NCBI GenBank assembly: GCA_963675755.2
Contig: CAXXMD010000002.1
Coordinates: forward strand, 448,001 to 512,000
Direction of reading: 5' to 3'
Length of the DNA: 64,000 nt
Source of the DNA: a bacterium
GTDB lineage: Bacteria; Zhuqueibacterota; Zhuqueibacteria; Residuimicrobiales; Krinioviventaceae
In this document: piece by piece, positions 10,187 through 20,223 of the stretch
Layout: every line of letters starts with the position of its first letter
Position numbering within the stretch: position 1 is the stretch's first letter
Program-made: the position numbers and the translations under genes
The notes under the pieces: generated by a model
What the model was told of the DNA's origin: nothing
Databases searched by the model: none
Seen by the model: only the letters and a program-made list of their open reading frames with translations

Positions 10187-11677
10187 GTGATTGATCATAA
10201 TCCTGGGATTACGATCTCTTTTATTATTTATCTGATTTTCATGTTGTCCATTGGGTTGTTTTTCTACAAACGTACTCAAAATTTATCTGATTATATTTTG
10301 GGCGGCAGGGATCTCAATTCCTGGGTAACATCTCTGAGTGCGCAGGCATCGGATATGAGTGGATGGCTTTTACTGGGACTACCGGGATATGCTTATTTAT
10401 CCGGTATGGATTCCATTTGGATGACAGCAGGCCTGGCTCTGGGTACATATCTAAACTGGAAATTTGTTGCTGCCCGTTTAAGAAATTATACCCATATTTC
10501 TTCTGATTCTCTAACCTTGCCGGTCTTTTTTGAAAATCGTTTCAAACCCAATTCACCTTTAATACGAATTGTTTCTGCTGTCTTTATTTTGATTTTTTTT
10601 CTAATTTACACTGCTTCAGGATTTGTTGCCGGTGCCAAATTATTCAATACTGTTTTTGGTTTTAATTATATTGCTGCCTTGTCTATTGGTGTCTTTGTAA
10701 TTATTGCATATACTTTTTTAGGCGGTTTTTGGGCGGTAAGTTGGACTGATTTTTTTCAAGGTATTATCATGTTTTTTGCAATCCTGATTGTACCTGTTCT
10801 GGTCTTTAAGAGCTTTGGAGGCATTAATCCAATTAAACAATCACTAAGCTCAATTCCCGGATTCCTTGATCCATTTACATCCGGGGATAATAAACGAATT
10901 TCATTTATTGCAATAATTTCTTTGGCAGCATGGGGTTTGGGTTATTTTGGTCAACCTCATATTCTGGCAAGGTTTATGGCAATAAAATCAGCAAAGCAAA
11001 TCCCCCGAGCCCGAAAAATTGCAATGGGTTGGGTTTTACTTTGTTTAACCGGAGCAATGTTTGTTGGAATAACCGGTCGTGCCTTTATTGCACCAATGCT
11101 TAACGCTACTGCTTCAGAAACTGTTTTTATGGTTCTGGTACATCAGTTGGTACATTCCTGGTTTTCGGGATTTTTACTTGCTGCCATTCTTGCTGCTATT
11201 ATGAGTACTGCAGATTCCCAACTACTTGTAGCTTCATCCGCGGTTACCGAAGATTTGTATAGATTGTTACTGCATAGAAATGCTAAACAAAAAGAACTCA
11301 TTTGGACTAGCAGAGCAGCAGTTGTGCTTATTGCTGCTATCGCATATTTTATTGCCATGAATCCGGAATCAAATGTATTAGAACTTGTATCTTATGCCTG
11401 GGCCGGATTCGGTGCTACATTTGGACCTATCATATTATTTTCACTTTTTTGGAAACGAATGACATGCAATGGTGCTCTGGCCGGAATGATTGTTGGTGGT
11501 GTTACTGTTTTAATATGGAAGCAGTTAACTGGTGGTTTGTTTGATTTGTACGAAATAGTCCCCGGATTTATTTTTTCTGCAATTGCTATAGTCCTTACAA
11601 GTTTGATAGATAACGCACCAACATTGGAAATTCAAAAAGAATTTGAATTAGCAAAATTACAAAACGATAAACGATAA
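10187..11677 (+). CDS. putP: Sodium/proline symporter
   Basis: SAQASDMSGWLLLGLPG, WGLGYFGQPHILARFM, AAIMSTADSQLL; GTG at 10187 after GGAG. Confidence 0.9.
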   Translation: MIDHNPGITISFIIYLIFMLSIGLFFYKRTQNLSDYILGGRDLNSWVTSLSAQASDMSGWLLLGLPGYAYLSGMDSIWMTAGLALGTYLNWKFVAARLRNYTHISSDSLTLPVFFENRFKPNSPLIRIVSAVFILIFFLIYTASGFVAGAKLFNTVFGFNYIAALSIGVFVIIAYTFLGGFWAVSWTDFFQGIIMFFAILIVPVLVFKSFGGINPIKQSLSSIPGFLDPFTSGDNKRISFIAIISLAAWGLGYFGQPHILARFMAIKSAKQIPRARKIAMGWVLLCLTGAMFVGITGRAFIAPMLNATASETVFMVLVHQLVHSWFSGFLLAAILAAIMSTADSQLLVASSAVTEDLYRLLLHRNAKQKELIWTSRAAVVLIAAIAYFIAMNPESNVLELVSYAWAGFGATFGPIILFSLFWKRMTCNGALAGMIVGGVTVLIWKQLTGGLFDLYEIVPGFIFSAIAIVLTSLIDNAPTLEIQKEFELAKLQNDKR

Positions 11678-11683
11678 ATAGGG

Positions 11684-12181
11684 TTGGAGGTTAGTGTGGA
11701 AGAGATTATCCGAAATCTGGATCGGATACGTGATAACAATATTTATTTTTCTCTTGAAGGTGAAATCATTTCGGGTAATTCACATGATTTTACTTTATTT
11801 GAAAAATATTCAAAGCTTGAAAATTTTTTAAAAGAAAATAAAAAGATATTGGAAAGCAATAATCTTGACTTTTCAGATAAATGTCATGCAACTATTAATG
11901 TAAATATTTTACCAAAATTTGTCAAACTTGCAGAACCAACCGTAACATTGTTGATTTCCAGCATCCGTTCAGATTCTCAGAAACCTGTTACTTTTTCAAA
12001 ATGTCGTTTAAATTTTGATGGTTTTAATTTTTATGGGATTTTGTTTTTCCCCCACATGGAAGACAATAAATCTTCAACAGTTGAAATTATTGCGCCTTTT
12101 ATTCCTGGATTGAAAACAGGAGACAGGATCCAAATTGATGTGAATTCTAAAGAATTTCAGGTATTGGAAAAAGGAAATTAA
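11684..12181 (+). CDS. Hypothetical protein, possibly a divergent CTP-dependent riboflavin-kinase-like fold
   Basis: 165-aa ORF; LEGEIISG, ATINV, VEIIAP, GDRIQI loosely echo the archaeal RibK pattern. Confidence 0.45.
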   Translation: MEVSVEEIIRNLDRIRDNNIYFSLEGEIISGNSHDFTLFEKYSKLENFLKENKKILESNNLDFSDKCHATINVNILPKFVKLAEPTVTLLISSIRSDSQKPVTFSKCRLNFDGFNFYGILFFPHMEDNKSSTVEIIAPFIPGLKTGDRIQIDVNSKEFQVLEKGN

Positions 12182-12229
12182 ATATATAGGGAATGCATGA
12201 AATAGAAATTATTTAATATATTTTTCATC

Positions 12230-12262
12230 AAAAGCCGGAGTGATTACACCCCGGCTTTTTTT
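12230..12262. terminator. Bidirectional intrinsic terminator
   Basis: AAAAGCCGGAGTG-atta-CACCCCGGCTTTTTTT between convergent genes. Confidence 0.8.
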
Positions 12263-12263
12263 A

Positions 12264-12821
12264 TTAATTTACTTTTTTAATTGAACATCCAAATGCTTTT
12301 GTCGTTGCAGTTGGTACTTGTTTTCCAGTAATGATTGCGAATAAAGCATCTTCAAGATCGTGAGAAGTGATATTATCAGGATTTTTTGAATCATCAATTC
12401 TACCATGATAAACCAGTTCACGTTTTGAATTTAATACAAACACTTCAGGTGTTACCGATGCACCCAGCCTGTCTGCAATTACATTATTCCTATCAATGAG
12501 TACAGGAAACATGAAATCTTTTTCAACAGCATGTTGCTTAATTTGTTTTGTGGTTTCTGTGCTATTGGAATTGATTCCTATAAAAGCGACGCCTTTACTA
12601 TGAAAAGATGTATAAAGTTTATTCATTCTTTCATTATAAGCATTAGAAACCGGACATTGACTTGAAATGAACAAAAGCACTATTGCTTCATTATCATTAT
12701 AATTACTCAATTTATATGATGTTCCATTAAAATCTTCCAAAGTGAAATCCTGTACCATTTCACCGGCCATTAAAAAATTAAATGGAATAAATATAAAAAT
12801 TAGAAATAAAAATCTATTCAT
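12264..12821 (-). CDS. Exported thioredoxin-like AhpC/TSA (redoxin) protein
   Basis: Signal peptide, DFTLED, SSQCPVS, TPEVFV, YHGRIDD, FGCSIK. Confidence 0.85.
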   Translation of the reverse strand: MNRFLFLIFIFIPFNFLMAGEMVQDFTLEDFNGTSYKLSNYNDNEAIVLLFISSQCPVSNAYNERMNKLYTSFHSKGVAFIGINSNSTETTKQIKQHAVEKDFMFPVLIDRNNVIADRLGASVTPEVFVLNSKRELVYHGRIDDSKNPDNITSHDLEDALFAIITGKQVPTATTKAFGCSIKKVN

Positions 12822-13060
12822 TTACTGCCTCCACATATTTTTAATCAATATTCAATAGAACAAATGCGATTTTGCTTTTATTTCTCTCTATATTTCATTT
12901 ATTTAATTATATAGAATGATTTTTATTTAGACATAATTGCTTAAAATTTAGACACTATTACCAGTTTTATAAATTATTATTTTGTATAATTTATCGACTG
13001 CTTTGTATCAGAATTAACTATTAATCATTAATTGCTGTTAATTAAAGTAGGAGGAAAATC

Positions 13061-14314
13061 ATGTCATCACAAGAATACCCCATTTTTATCCAAACCGCAT
13101 TTCCTGAACAACCAGATTTAGATAATTGGCAGCAAATTACCAAAGAAGAAGCAGATTTAGTATATAAGATGACAATAGAAAATGAATTGTCCGGTGGCAC
13201 ACCTGTTGTTCGCAAATTTGAAAAAGATTGGCGAGAATGGTGCAATCTTGAATATTCTATTACAACATTAAATGGCAGCTCTGCTTTGTATAGTGCTTTC
13301 TTTGGACTCGGAGTTGGCCCTGGAGATGAGGTCATTTGTCCAACATATACCTGGATTTGTACAATTGCTCCGGCATTGTTTTTGGGTGCACGACCTGTAT
13401 TTGTTGAAAGTGATCCTGAAACATTGCAGATTGATCCTGAGGATATAAGAAAAAAAATAACTCCAAAAACCAAAGCTATTGTTGTTGTGCATTTATGGGG
13501 CAATGTTTGTGATATGGATAGCATAATGCAAATCAGCAAGGAAACAGGTGTCAAAGTCCTTGAAGATTGTTCCCATGCACATGGAGCAAAATATAACGGC
13601 TCGATTGTAGGTTCAATTGGCCATGTAGGTGCCTGGAGTTTACAGGGAAGTAAACCGGTGAGTGCAGGTGAGGGAGGCATAATGGCTACCAATGATCTCG
13701 AAATTTTTGAGCGTGCATGTCTTGCCGGCCAGGTTAACCGTATTGGTGGAATTGATCTGGTTTCAAAAAAATATTCTGAACTTCAGCCATTAGGTCTTGG
13801 CATGAAATTTAGAGCACATCCTTTAGGTATTGGTATTGCCAGTGTTCAATTCAAAAAACTGGATAAACTGAATGCAAACCGAAAAGCATATGTTGAAGCT
13901 GTTGAAGAGAAATTAAAAGACATCCCCGGATTCAAACCTTTAAAGGTATACCCCAAAGCAGAACGTGGTGGCTATTATGCATTTCCCATTATTCATGAAC
14001 CTGAACATCATAATGGTATTGATACATCAAAAATGATCGAATTGATTCAAAATGAAGGGCTTTCAGCTTCTAAAAGTCCATATAGCCTGCTGCATCGATT
14101 ACTTGTATTTGGTAAAGGGTTTGATGTTTTTACAGACAATAGAGGACCTTTAGTAGGAGATTATCCTGGATACAAAGAAGGTGATTTCCCTGTATCCGAG
14201 GAATTATATAAAAAATTAATCTTTTTACCCATACTGTCTAATCCTGTAGATGGTGCAGCAGACAAGGTCGTAGAAATGTTGAAAAAAGCTGCTCATAAAG
14301 CTATAAATTCATAA
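13061..14314 (+). CDS. DegT/DnrJ/EryC1/StrS PLP-dependent aminotransferase
   Basis: NGSSAL, GPGDEVI, VVHLWG, EDCSHAHG, SLQGSK (PLP Lys), GEGG; AGGAGG SD. Confidence 0.9.
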   Translation: MSSQEYPIFIQTAFPEQPDLDNWQQITKEEADLVYKMTIENELSGGTPVVRKFEKDWREWCNLEYSITTLNGSSALYSAFFGLGVGPGDEVICPTYTWICTIAPALFLGARPVFVESDPETLQIDPEDIRKKITPKTKAIVVVHLWGNVCDMDSIMQISKETGVKVLEDCSHAHGAKYNGSIVGSIGHVGAWSLQGSKPVSAGEGGIMATNDLEIFERACLAGQVNRIGGIDLVSKKYSELQPLGLGMKFRAHPLGIGIASVQFKKLDKLNANRKAYVEAVEEKLKDIPGFKPLKVYPKAERGGYYAFPIIHEPEHHNGIDTSKMIELIQNEGLSASKSPYSLLHRLLVFGKGFDVFTDNRGPLVGDYPGYKEGDFPVSEELYKKLIFLPILSNPVDGAADKVVEMLKKAAHKAINS

Positions 14315-14366
14315 TCTTGGCCTGAAATGACATTGTCTAACATTTAATTGAATGTGAGAGCGACTT

Positions 14367-17300
14367 ATGCAAAGAATCAATCGTTTTGTCATCATTTTGT
14401 TTGTTTTTTTTAATGTTGGCTATAGTACAATTCCCGAAAATATGGAATCTATAAACATTCAATCTTTAAATGGTTCATGGAAATTTAAAATATTTACTCA
14501 TAAAGACAGTATTGTTTCAGGCTACCAAGCTCCTGATTTTGATGACAGCAAATGGAATGACATAGCAGTACCGGGTAATTGGGATGTTCAGGGTTTTGAA
14601 GAACCTCAATATGGAACACCTGAAGTAAATGCAAATGGAGTATATCGAAAGGTGTTTAATGTTCCACAGTCTTGGGCTGAAAAACATATAATACTTTATA
14701 CGGAAGCAGTTTCTTTTGGATACGAATTGTGGATTAATGGCTCAAGTGTTGGAAGTTTCATTAGTTCATTTCAAAGGGCTGAATTTGATTTGACAAAGCA
14801 CATTCGTTTTGGGAGTGATAATTGTATTGTTTTACGTGTTTATCGCGATCATTACCAAATGCGTTTTGATACTACTGATGACTGGGCCTTTAATGGAATT
14901 TCCAGAAATATTTATCTATATGCTGCTCCATATGCTTACATTGAAGATTTGACAATACAAACGGAAATTGCAAATGATTATTCAGCTGCAAATATACAGG
15001 GACAAATTGATATAAATCATTTTGGTTATGATTCTATCAATGTCAAAGATTTAAATATTGAATTAAATTTATCAAAAAATAATAATGTTATTGCAAAAAA
15101 ACTGTTGCAAGTGAATTGGAAAAATACAAAATATCTTCCATCTGATCTTCAGTTTTCAATACCTGTCGAGTCTCCCGAGTTGTGGACAGCCGAAACACCA
15201 ATCCTATATGATCTTGAAATAATCTTAAAAGATAATAAAACTAGACTGCAGATTCTGAACCGTAAAGTTGGTATCAGGGAAATCTCTATTGATGGATGTG
15301 TTTTTAAAATCAATAAAAAGCCGGTGAAATTACGTGGAGTGTGCTGGTTGGAGGGGCACCCTTTGACAGGACGGGCAATGACCAAGGAATTATGGCTTCA
15401 GGATCTGCAGTTGATGAAAAATGCCAATATTAATGCAATTCGAATGACGCATTGGCCGCCGCCTCCAGAACTGTTGGATTATTGTGATCAAATGGGATTT
15501 TATGTCCTTGATGAAGTACCATTTGATTTTGGTGATGAAAAGTTAAATGATCCCCAATGTCTTGGCGCATTACTTGAACGTGCTCAACGTACTATTGATC
15601 GGGATAAAAATCATCCTTCTATAATCATATGGTGTGTTGGAAATGAGCACCCATCTACCCGTTATACAACCAAAGTTTCTCAATTTGTGAAAATGCTTGA
15701 TGATACACGTCCTATCTTGTTTCCGCATAACAATTGGACGGATGATCCTATAATTTCCGGTATACCTGATTTTATCGATTTCTATTCGCCGCATTATAAA
15801 GATCCCGATGTAATGATTGATTATATCAATGAACAATCTTTACAAAAGCCTGTACTCTTTACTGAATATAATCATTCTCTTGATGTTTCTTTTGGGGGGC
15901 TGGCAGAAAAATGGGAATTGATGGAAAAGTATGAAAAATTTGCTGGTGGAATGATTTGGGTATGGGCTGATCAGGGTATTTATAGAAAAGTTGATGGAAG
16001 AAATGTCATTGATTCATACAAAGATGTAAATGCTATGGCTTTTCATTCAAATGATCTTTCTGGTGATATCTGGATAGATGATAATACAATTTTGGATAGC
16101 CATGGACAATATGGTACCGACGGAATTGTATATGCTGATCGTAAACTGCAAACTGATTATTGGCAAACTCGTAAAGTTTATTCTCCTGTTAAAGTATTGG
16201 AATCAGAAAAATCTATCTTGAATGGAAAGCAAGATCTATCGTTGACTATAATCAATCGATATGATTTTATTAATCTTAAAGATATTACCTTTGATTGGAA
16301 GTTGTTGGTTAATAATAATGAAATGTCATCCAGTACTGCCATGATGTATATTGCTCCACATGATACGGGTATTGTAAATATACCTCTATCATTTGATGAT
16401 TTGAATAGTAGTGATGAGATTATGTTGCAATGTTTTGTGAAGGATTATTATGATCACCCAATATATGAACACACGGTTCATTTATTGCCAGAAAACAAAC
16501 GATTGGATTATTTTCAAAAATTGAATGTTTCTGAACAGATTCATCAAGCTAATGATGTTGAAAAGCAAATTCGTTTTCCTGAAGAGATTAAAATCAATAA
16601 TAACTCTAAAATCCTTTTCAAGAATGATTTGTTGGTGATTGAAAAAGATGGTGATAAAGTATTTACGGGTCCCTTTTTAAGAGTAGGGAGGAATGTTACC
16701 CTTGCAGAAAGACGCAAGTTTGAAAATGCATTATGGGAACCAGCAATACTTGAAAATTCAAAATTAATAAATAAGAGATGTCAGAGTGAAAACAATATTT
16801 ACAAATTGTTCCTCGATTATGAATTTACTCGTCCTGGTACAAACGAAAAATTAATACTTGAACTTGTTGTTACTGTTTTACCTGATAGCTTTATTCAATT
16901 TAATTATTCATTAACTCCACAACAATGTACAGGTTTTGCCCTTGAATTGGGTTTGGCGTTTAATATACTCTCAGAGTATTCAAATGTTACCTGGCTTGGA
17001 GATGGGCCTTATCCATCATTTCCTGAAAAATCTGAATTATCTGAACGAGGATTTTATACTATAACCTCAAAAAGTTCATACTTTGATGGAAATCGTAAAA
17101 ATGTTGATATGGTCTTGTTTCAAGATACAAAAGATAAAGGTTTGGCTCTCTTTTGCAATCAAGATAATACAAGTTGGGTTTTGAATGATAATTTATACTT
17201 TACTCATAATCTTTTGGTTGCAGGTTATGGTACTAAATTTTACAGGTCAAAAGTAACAATAAATATGTCTGAACTTTCAGTTTTATCAGGAGATTTGGGT

Positions 17301-17375
17301 TTGTATGTTTTTGATAAAATAGAAAATAATAATTTTTTACAAAAATTTAACTTTAGTATTATCCACTCAAATTAA
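14367..17375 (+). CDS. Glycoside hydrolase family 2 (beta-galactosidase-like), secreted
   Basis: SLNGSWKF, NINAIRMTHWP, DKNHPSIIIWCVGNE (acid/base), FTEY (nucleophile), GGMIWVWADQG. Confidence 0.9.
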   Translation: MQRINRFVIILFVFFNVGYSTIPENMESINIQSLNGSWKFKIFTHKDSIVSGYQAPDFDDSKWNDIAVPGNWDVQGFEEPQYGTPEVNANGVYRKVFNVPQSWAEKHIILYTEAVSFGYELWINGSSVGSFISSFQRAEFDLTKHIRFGSDNCIVLRVYRDHYQMRFDTTDDWAFNGISRNIYLYAAPYAYIEDLTIQTEIANDYSAANIQGQIDINHFGYDSINVKDLNIELNLSKNNNVIAKKLLQVNWKNTKYLPSDLQFSIPVESPELWTAETPILYDLEIILKDNKTRLQILNRKVGIREISIDGCVFKINKKPVKLRGVCWLEGHPLTGRAMTKELWLQDLQLMKNANINAIRMTHWPPPPELLDYCDQMGFYVLDEVPFDFGDEKLNDPQCLGALLERAQRTIDRDKNHPSIIIWCVGNEHPSTRYTTKVSQFVKMLDDTRPILFPHNNWTDDPIISGIPDFIDFYSPHYKDPDVMIDYINEQSLQKPVLFTEYNHSLDVSFGGLAEKWELMEKYEKFAGGMIWVWADQGIYRKVDGRNVIDSYKDVNAMAFHSNDLSGDIWIDDNTILDSHGQYGTDGIVYADRKLQTDYWQTRKVYSPVKVLESEKSILNGKQDLSLTIINRYDFINLKDITFDWKLLVNNNEMSSSTAMMYIAPHDTGIVNIPLSFDDLNSSDEIMLQCFVKDYYDHPIYEHTVHLLPENKRLDYFQKLNVSEQIHQANDVEKQIRFPEEIKINNNSKILFKNDLLVIEKDGDKVFTGPFLRVGRNVTLAERRKFENALWEPAILENSKLINKRCQSENNIYKLFLDYEFTRPGTNEKLILELVVTVLPDSFIQFNYSLTPQQCTGFALELGLAFNILSEYSNVTWLGDGPYPSFPEKSELSERGFYTITSKSSYFDGNRKNVDMVLFQDTKDKGLALFCNQDNTSWVLNDNLYFTHNLLVAGYGTKFYRSKVTINMSELSVLSGDLGLYVFDKIENNNFLQKFNFSIIHSN

Positions 17376-17424
17376 ATATATACTTTTGGTAACTCCTCCT
17401 AAATTAATACCTTTAATACACAAA

Positions 17425-17459
17425 GAATATCCGGGTTTCAGGAATGAGCCCGGATATTC
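17425..17459 (+). terminator. Strong stem-loop after GH2 (terminator or stability hairpin)
   Basis: GAATATCCGGG...CCCGGATATTC inverted repeat, no clear U tract. Confidence 0.5.
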
Positions 17460-17536
17460 AATTGTCTAATCTTTGAATAAAATTAAATGTTCTAAATAAC
17501 ATTGATAAAATGCTGTATTTTTAGGAGGGTTATTTT

Positions 17537-19351
17537 ATGCATAACCTTAAAATATTTTTTCTTTTAATTTTTATTGCACTTTTTGCAATTACTGGTTGTG
17601 AAGAAAGCTGGGATAATTTGCTTTCAGATCAGGAACAAACAGAAAATGATGATGATTCCGGAACCGTAAATAGTGAAGATTTTACAGAATCTTTGGAAAC
17701 GGCTCTTGATGCAAATTGTACCAATCATGAAGATTTGACAGATTATATTGATAGTAATACTGAAGCCATAAATATAGTTTTATCACAAGATAATACGTCT
17801 GTAAATAATAGTGGAGTTACTGTAAATGCAAATACAATAACAATTACAAATGCCGGTGTTTACAAAATATCTGGCACGCTTTCAGATGGTCAAGTTGTTA
17901 TTGATACCGAAGATCAGGAAACAGTTTGGCTTTTATTAAATGGTGTTGATATTTCCAATTCAACCACTGCACCCTTGTATGTTGAAAACGCAGAAAAAAC
18001 GGTGATATTGATGGTTGATGGAACAGAAAATAAATTCTCAGATCCGTCAAATTATGTTTATCCAGATACTGAAACTGATGAGCCCAATGCCACAATTTTC
18101 AGTAAAGATGATCTTACAATTTTTGGAAATGGATCTTTGATTGTTGATGCTAATTATAATGATGCAATTACAAGCAAAGATGGTTTAATTTTAAAAAATG
18201 GTAATATAACTATTACTTCAGTTGATGATGGAATCCGTGGTAAAGATTATTTGATTATACAAGACGGCAGTTATAATATTGATGCAGGTGGTGATGGATT
18301 AAAATCAGACAATGATTCTGATTCTACAAAAGGTTATATATATATTGAAAGTGGAAATTTTGATATTTCTGCTGATGGCGATGCAATCAGTGCAGAAACG
18401 GATGTACTCATTGCAGATGGTGATTTTAATATTACTTCAGGTGGAGGGAGCAGTCATAGTGTATCAAGCAGTGTTTCTGCAAAAGGAATTAAGGGTGTTG
18501 TAAATGTAATTATTAATGGTGAAAGTTTTGTAATCAGTTCAGCTGATGATGCAATCCATTCAAATGGAAACATTGCAGTAAATGGCGGTCAATTCAGTAT
18601 CTCTTCCGGTGATGATGGTATACACGCAGATCAAGCTTTGACAATCAATGACGGTGAAATTGATGTTTCAAAATCCTATGAAGGCATAGAGAGTACGGTT
18701 ATTACAATAAACGGTGGAAACATTTATCTGGTTGCAAGTGATGATGGTTTAAATGTCGCTGGTGGATCAGATGGATCAGGAAATGGTGGATGGCCGGGAG
18801 GAGGTGGTCCAGGAGGTGGTTCCGGTTCGAATTCAAATTATTATTTATATATGAATGGTGGATTTGTTGGTATTGTTGCAACTGGAGATGGGGTGGATGT
18901 GAATGGTAACATTACAATGACAGGTGGAAAAATTATTGTTCATGGTCCAACATCCAGTGCAAATGGAGCATTAGATTATGACCTTTCCTATAAAATGAAT
19001 GGCGGTTTATTAGCAGCTGCTGGTAGTTCTGGAATGGCCCAGGCTCCTGGAACGAATTCATCACAATATTCTTTATTAATAAATTTTCGATCAACAAATA
19101 ATGCGGGTACTATTTTTCATATCCAAAACAGTTCAGGAGCAAATGTGCTAACCTTTGAACCTCAGAAAAGATATAATTCTGTAGCATTCTCATCGTCTTT
19201 ATTAACCAAAGGAGAGACTTTTACAGTGTATACAGGTGGTAGTTCAAGCGGTACGCCAAATTTGGGATATTATGAGGATGGCAGTTATACTGCGGGTACT
19301 AAAGTAACATCTTTTACAGTATCAAGTACAGTAACAAAAATTACAATCTAA
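17537..19351 (+). CDS. Cthe_2159-like carbohydrate-binding beta-helix lipoprotein
   Basis: Lipobox ITGC; repeated DDGI/DAIH/DGLK motifs; SGTLSDGQ; YEGIES; GALDYD. Confidence 0.85.
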   Translation: MHNLKIFFLLIFIALFAITGCEESWDNLLSDQEQTENDDDSGTVNSEDFTESLETALDANCTNHEDLTDYIDSNTEAINIVLSQDNTSVNNSGVTVNANTITITNAGVYKISGTLSDGQVVIDTEDQETVWLLLNGVDISNSTTAPLYVENAEKTVILMVDGTENKFSDPSNYVYPDTETDEPNATIFSKDDLTIFGNGSLIVDANYNDAITSKDGLILKNGNITITSVDDGIRGKDYLIIQDGSYNIDAGGDGLKSDNDSDSTKGYIYIESGNFDISADGDAISAETDVLIADGDFNITSGGGSSHSVSSSVSAKGIKGVVNVIINGESFVISSADDAIHSNGNIAVNGGQFSISSGDDGIHADQALTINDGEIDVSKSYEGIESTVITINGGNIYLVASDDGLNVAGGSDGSGNGGWPGGGGPGGGSGSNSNYYLYMNGGFVGIVATGDGVDVNGNITMTGGKIIVHGPTSSANGALDYDLSYKMNGGLLAAAGSSGMAQAPGTNSSQYSLLINFRSTNNAGTIFHIQNSSGANVLTFEPQKRYNSVAFSSSLLTKGETFTVYTGGSSSGTPNLGYYEDGSYTAGTKVTSFTVSSTVTKITI

Positions 19352-19380
19352 AAGTGTTAGGTTTTATTGTTAAGTGTTAT

Positions 19381-19412
19381 AAAGCGGTCCTTAATAAGGG
19401 ACCGCTTTTTTT
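19381..19412. terminator. Bidirectional intrinsic terminator
   Basis: AAAGCGGTCC-ttaataag-GGACCGCTTTTTTT. Confidence 0.85.
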
Positions 19413-19425
19413 ATTCACAGACTCG

Positions 19426-20127
19426 TTAATTTTTGAAATGATATTTGACAATACACCATATAGCCCATATACCATCTCTCCAGGATATTTTTTTCCCGGA
19501 ATTATATGTTCGTGGTTGATATGATATATCTACTTCAACAATTCGAATCCCCGGTATTTTTGATAGTTTTGCTGTGATCTCGGGTTCAAAACCAAATCGA
19601 TTTTCCTGTATTGTTGTTTGTTTCATGTAATCATTTTTAACAAGTTTGTAGCAAGTTTCCATATCTGACAAATGATTGCCTGTAAACAAGTTTGAAAGAA
19701 TAGTTAAAAATCGATTTGCAAAAAAATGCAATGTACATTTGTTTTGTTTTCTATTTTTAGAAAACCTTGAACCATATACAATATCTGCCGTGTTATCAAG
19801 TATAGGTTCAAGTAAAATGTTGAATTCATCTGGATTATATTCAAGATCGGCATCTTGTAGAATAAAATAATCCCCTGTTACTGCTTTTATTCCTGTTTGT
19901 ATTGCTGCACCTTTACCCCGATTGATTTCGTGGGAGAGAAGTACAAGATCATGATTTTTATATTGCTGTAAAAGTTCTTTTGTATTATCAGTTGATCCAT
20001 CATCAATAACTATTATTTCAAGTTCTATACCACCTAAAAGTTTGGTAGCAGCCACTTTGTCAATGATTTGGATTAATGTATTGCCTTCATTATATGTCGG
20101 AATAATTACTGATAATTTTTTTATCAT
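19426..20127 (-). CDS. GT2 glycosyltransferase (polyprenol-phosphate sugar synthase-like)
   Basis: SVIIPTYNE, IDDGSTD, NRGKGAA, QDADLEY, DMETCYK, RFGFEPE. Confidence 0.9.
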   Translation of the reverse strand: MIKKLSVIIPTYNEGNTLIQIIDKVAATKLLGGIELEIIVIDDGSTDNTKELLQQYKNHDLVLLSHEINRGKGAAIQTGIKAVTGDYFILQDADLEYNPDEFNILLEPILDNTADIVYGSRFSKNRKQNKCTLHFFANRFLTILSNLFTGNHLSDMETCYKLVKNDYMKQTTIQENRFGFEPEITAKLSKIPGIRIVEVDISYQPRTYNSGKKISWRDGIWAIWCIVKYHFKN

Positions 20128-20223
20128 TACTATTTGTTCCGTTTATCAGGAAGCACAAATATTTATATTGTGACTAAAACTATTTAAAGTTTTTTTTATG
20201 AAACAATAATAACTTGATCAGGA

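Noticed and set aside
18760-18835. G-rich repetitive stretch
   Set aside because: Encodes a Gly-rich linker inside the Cthe_2159-like protein; not an independent element.
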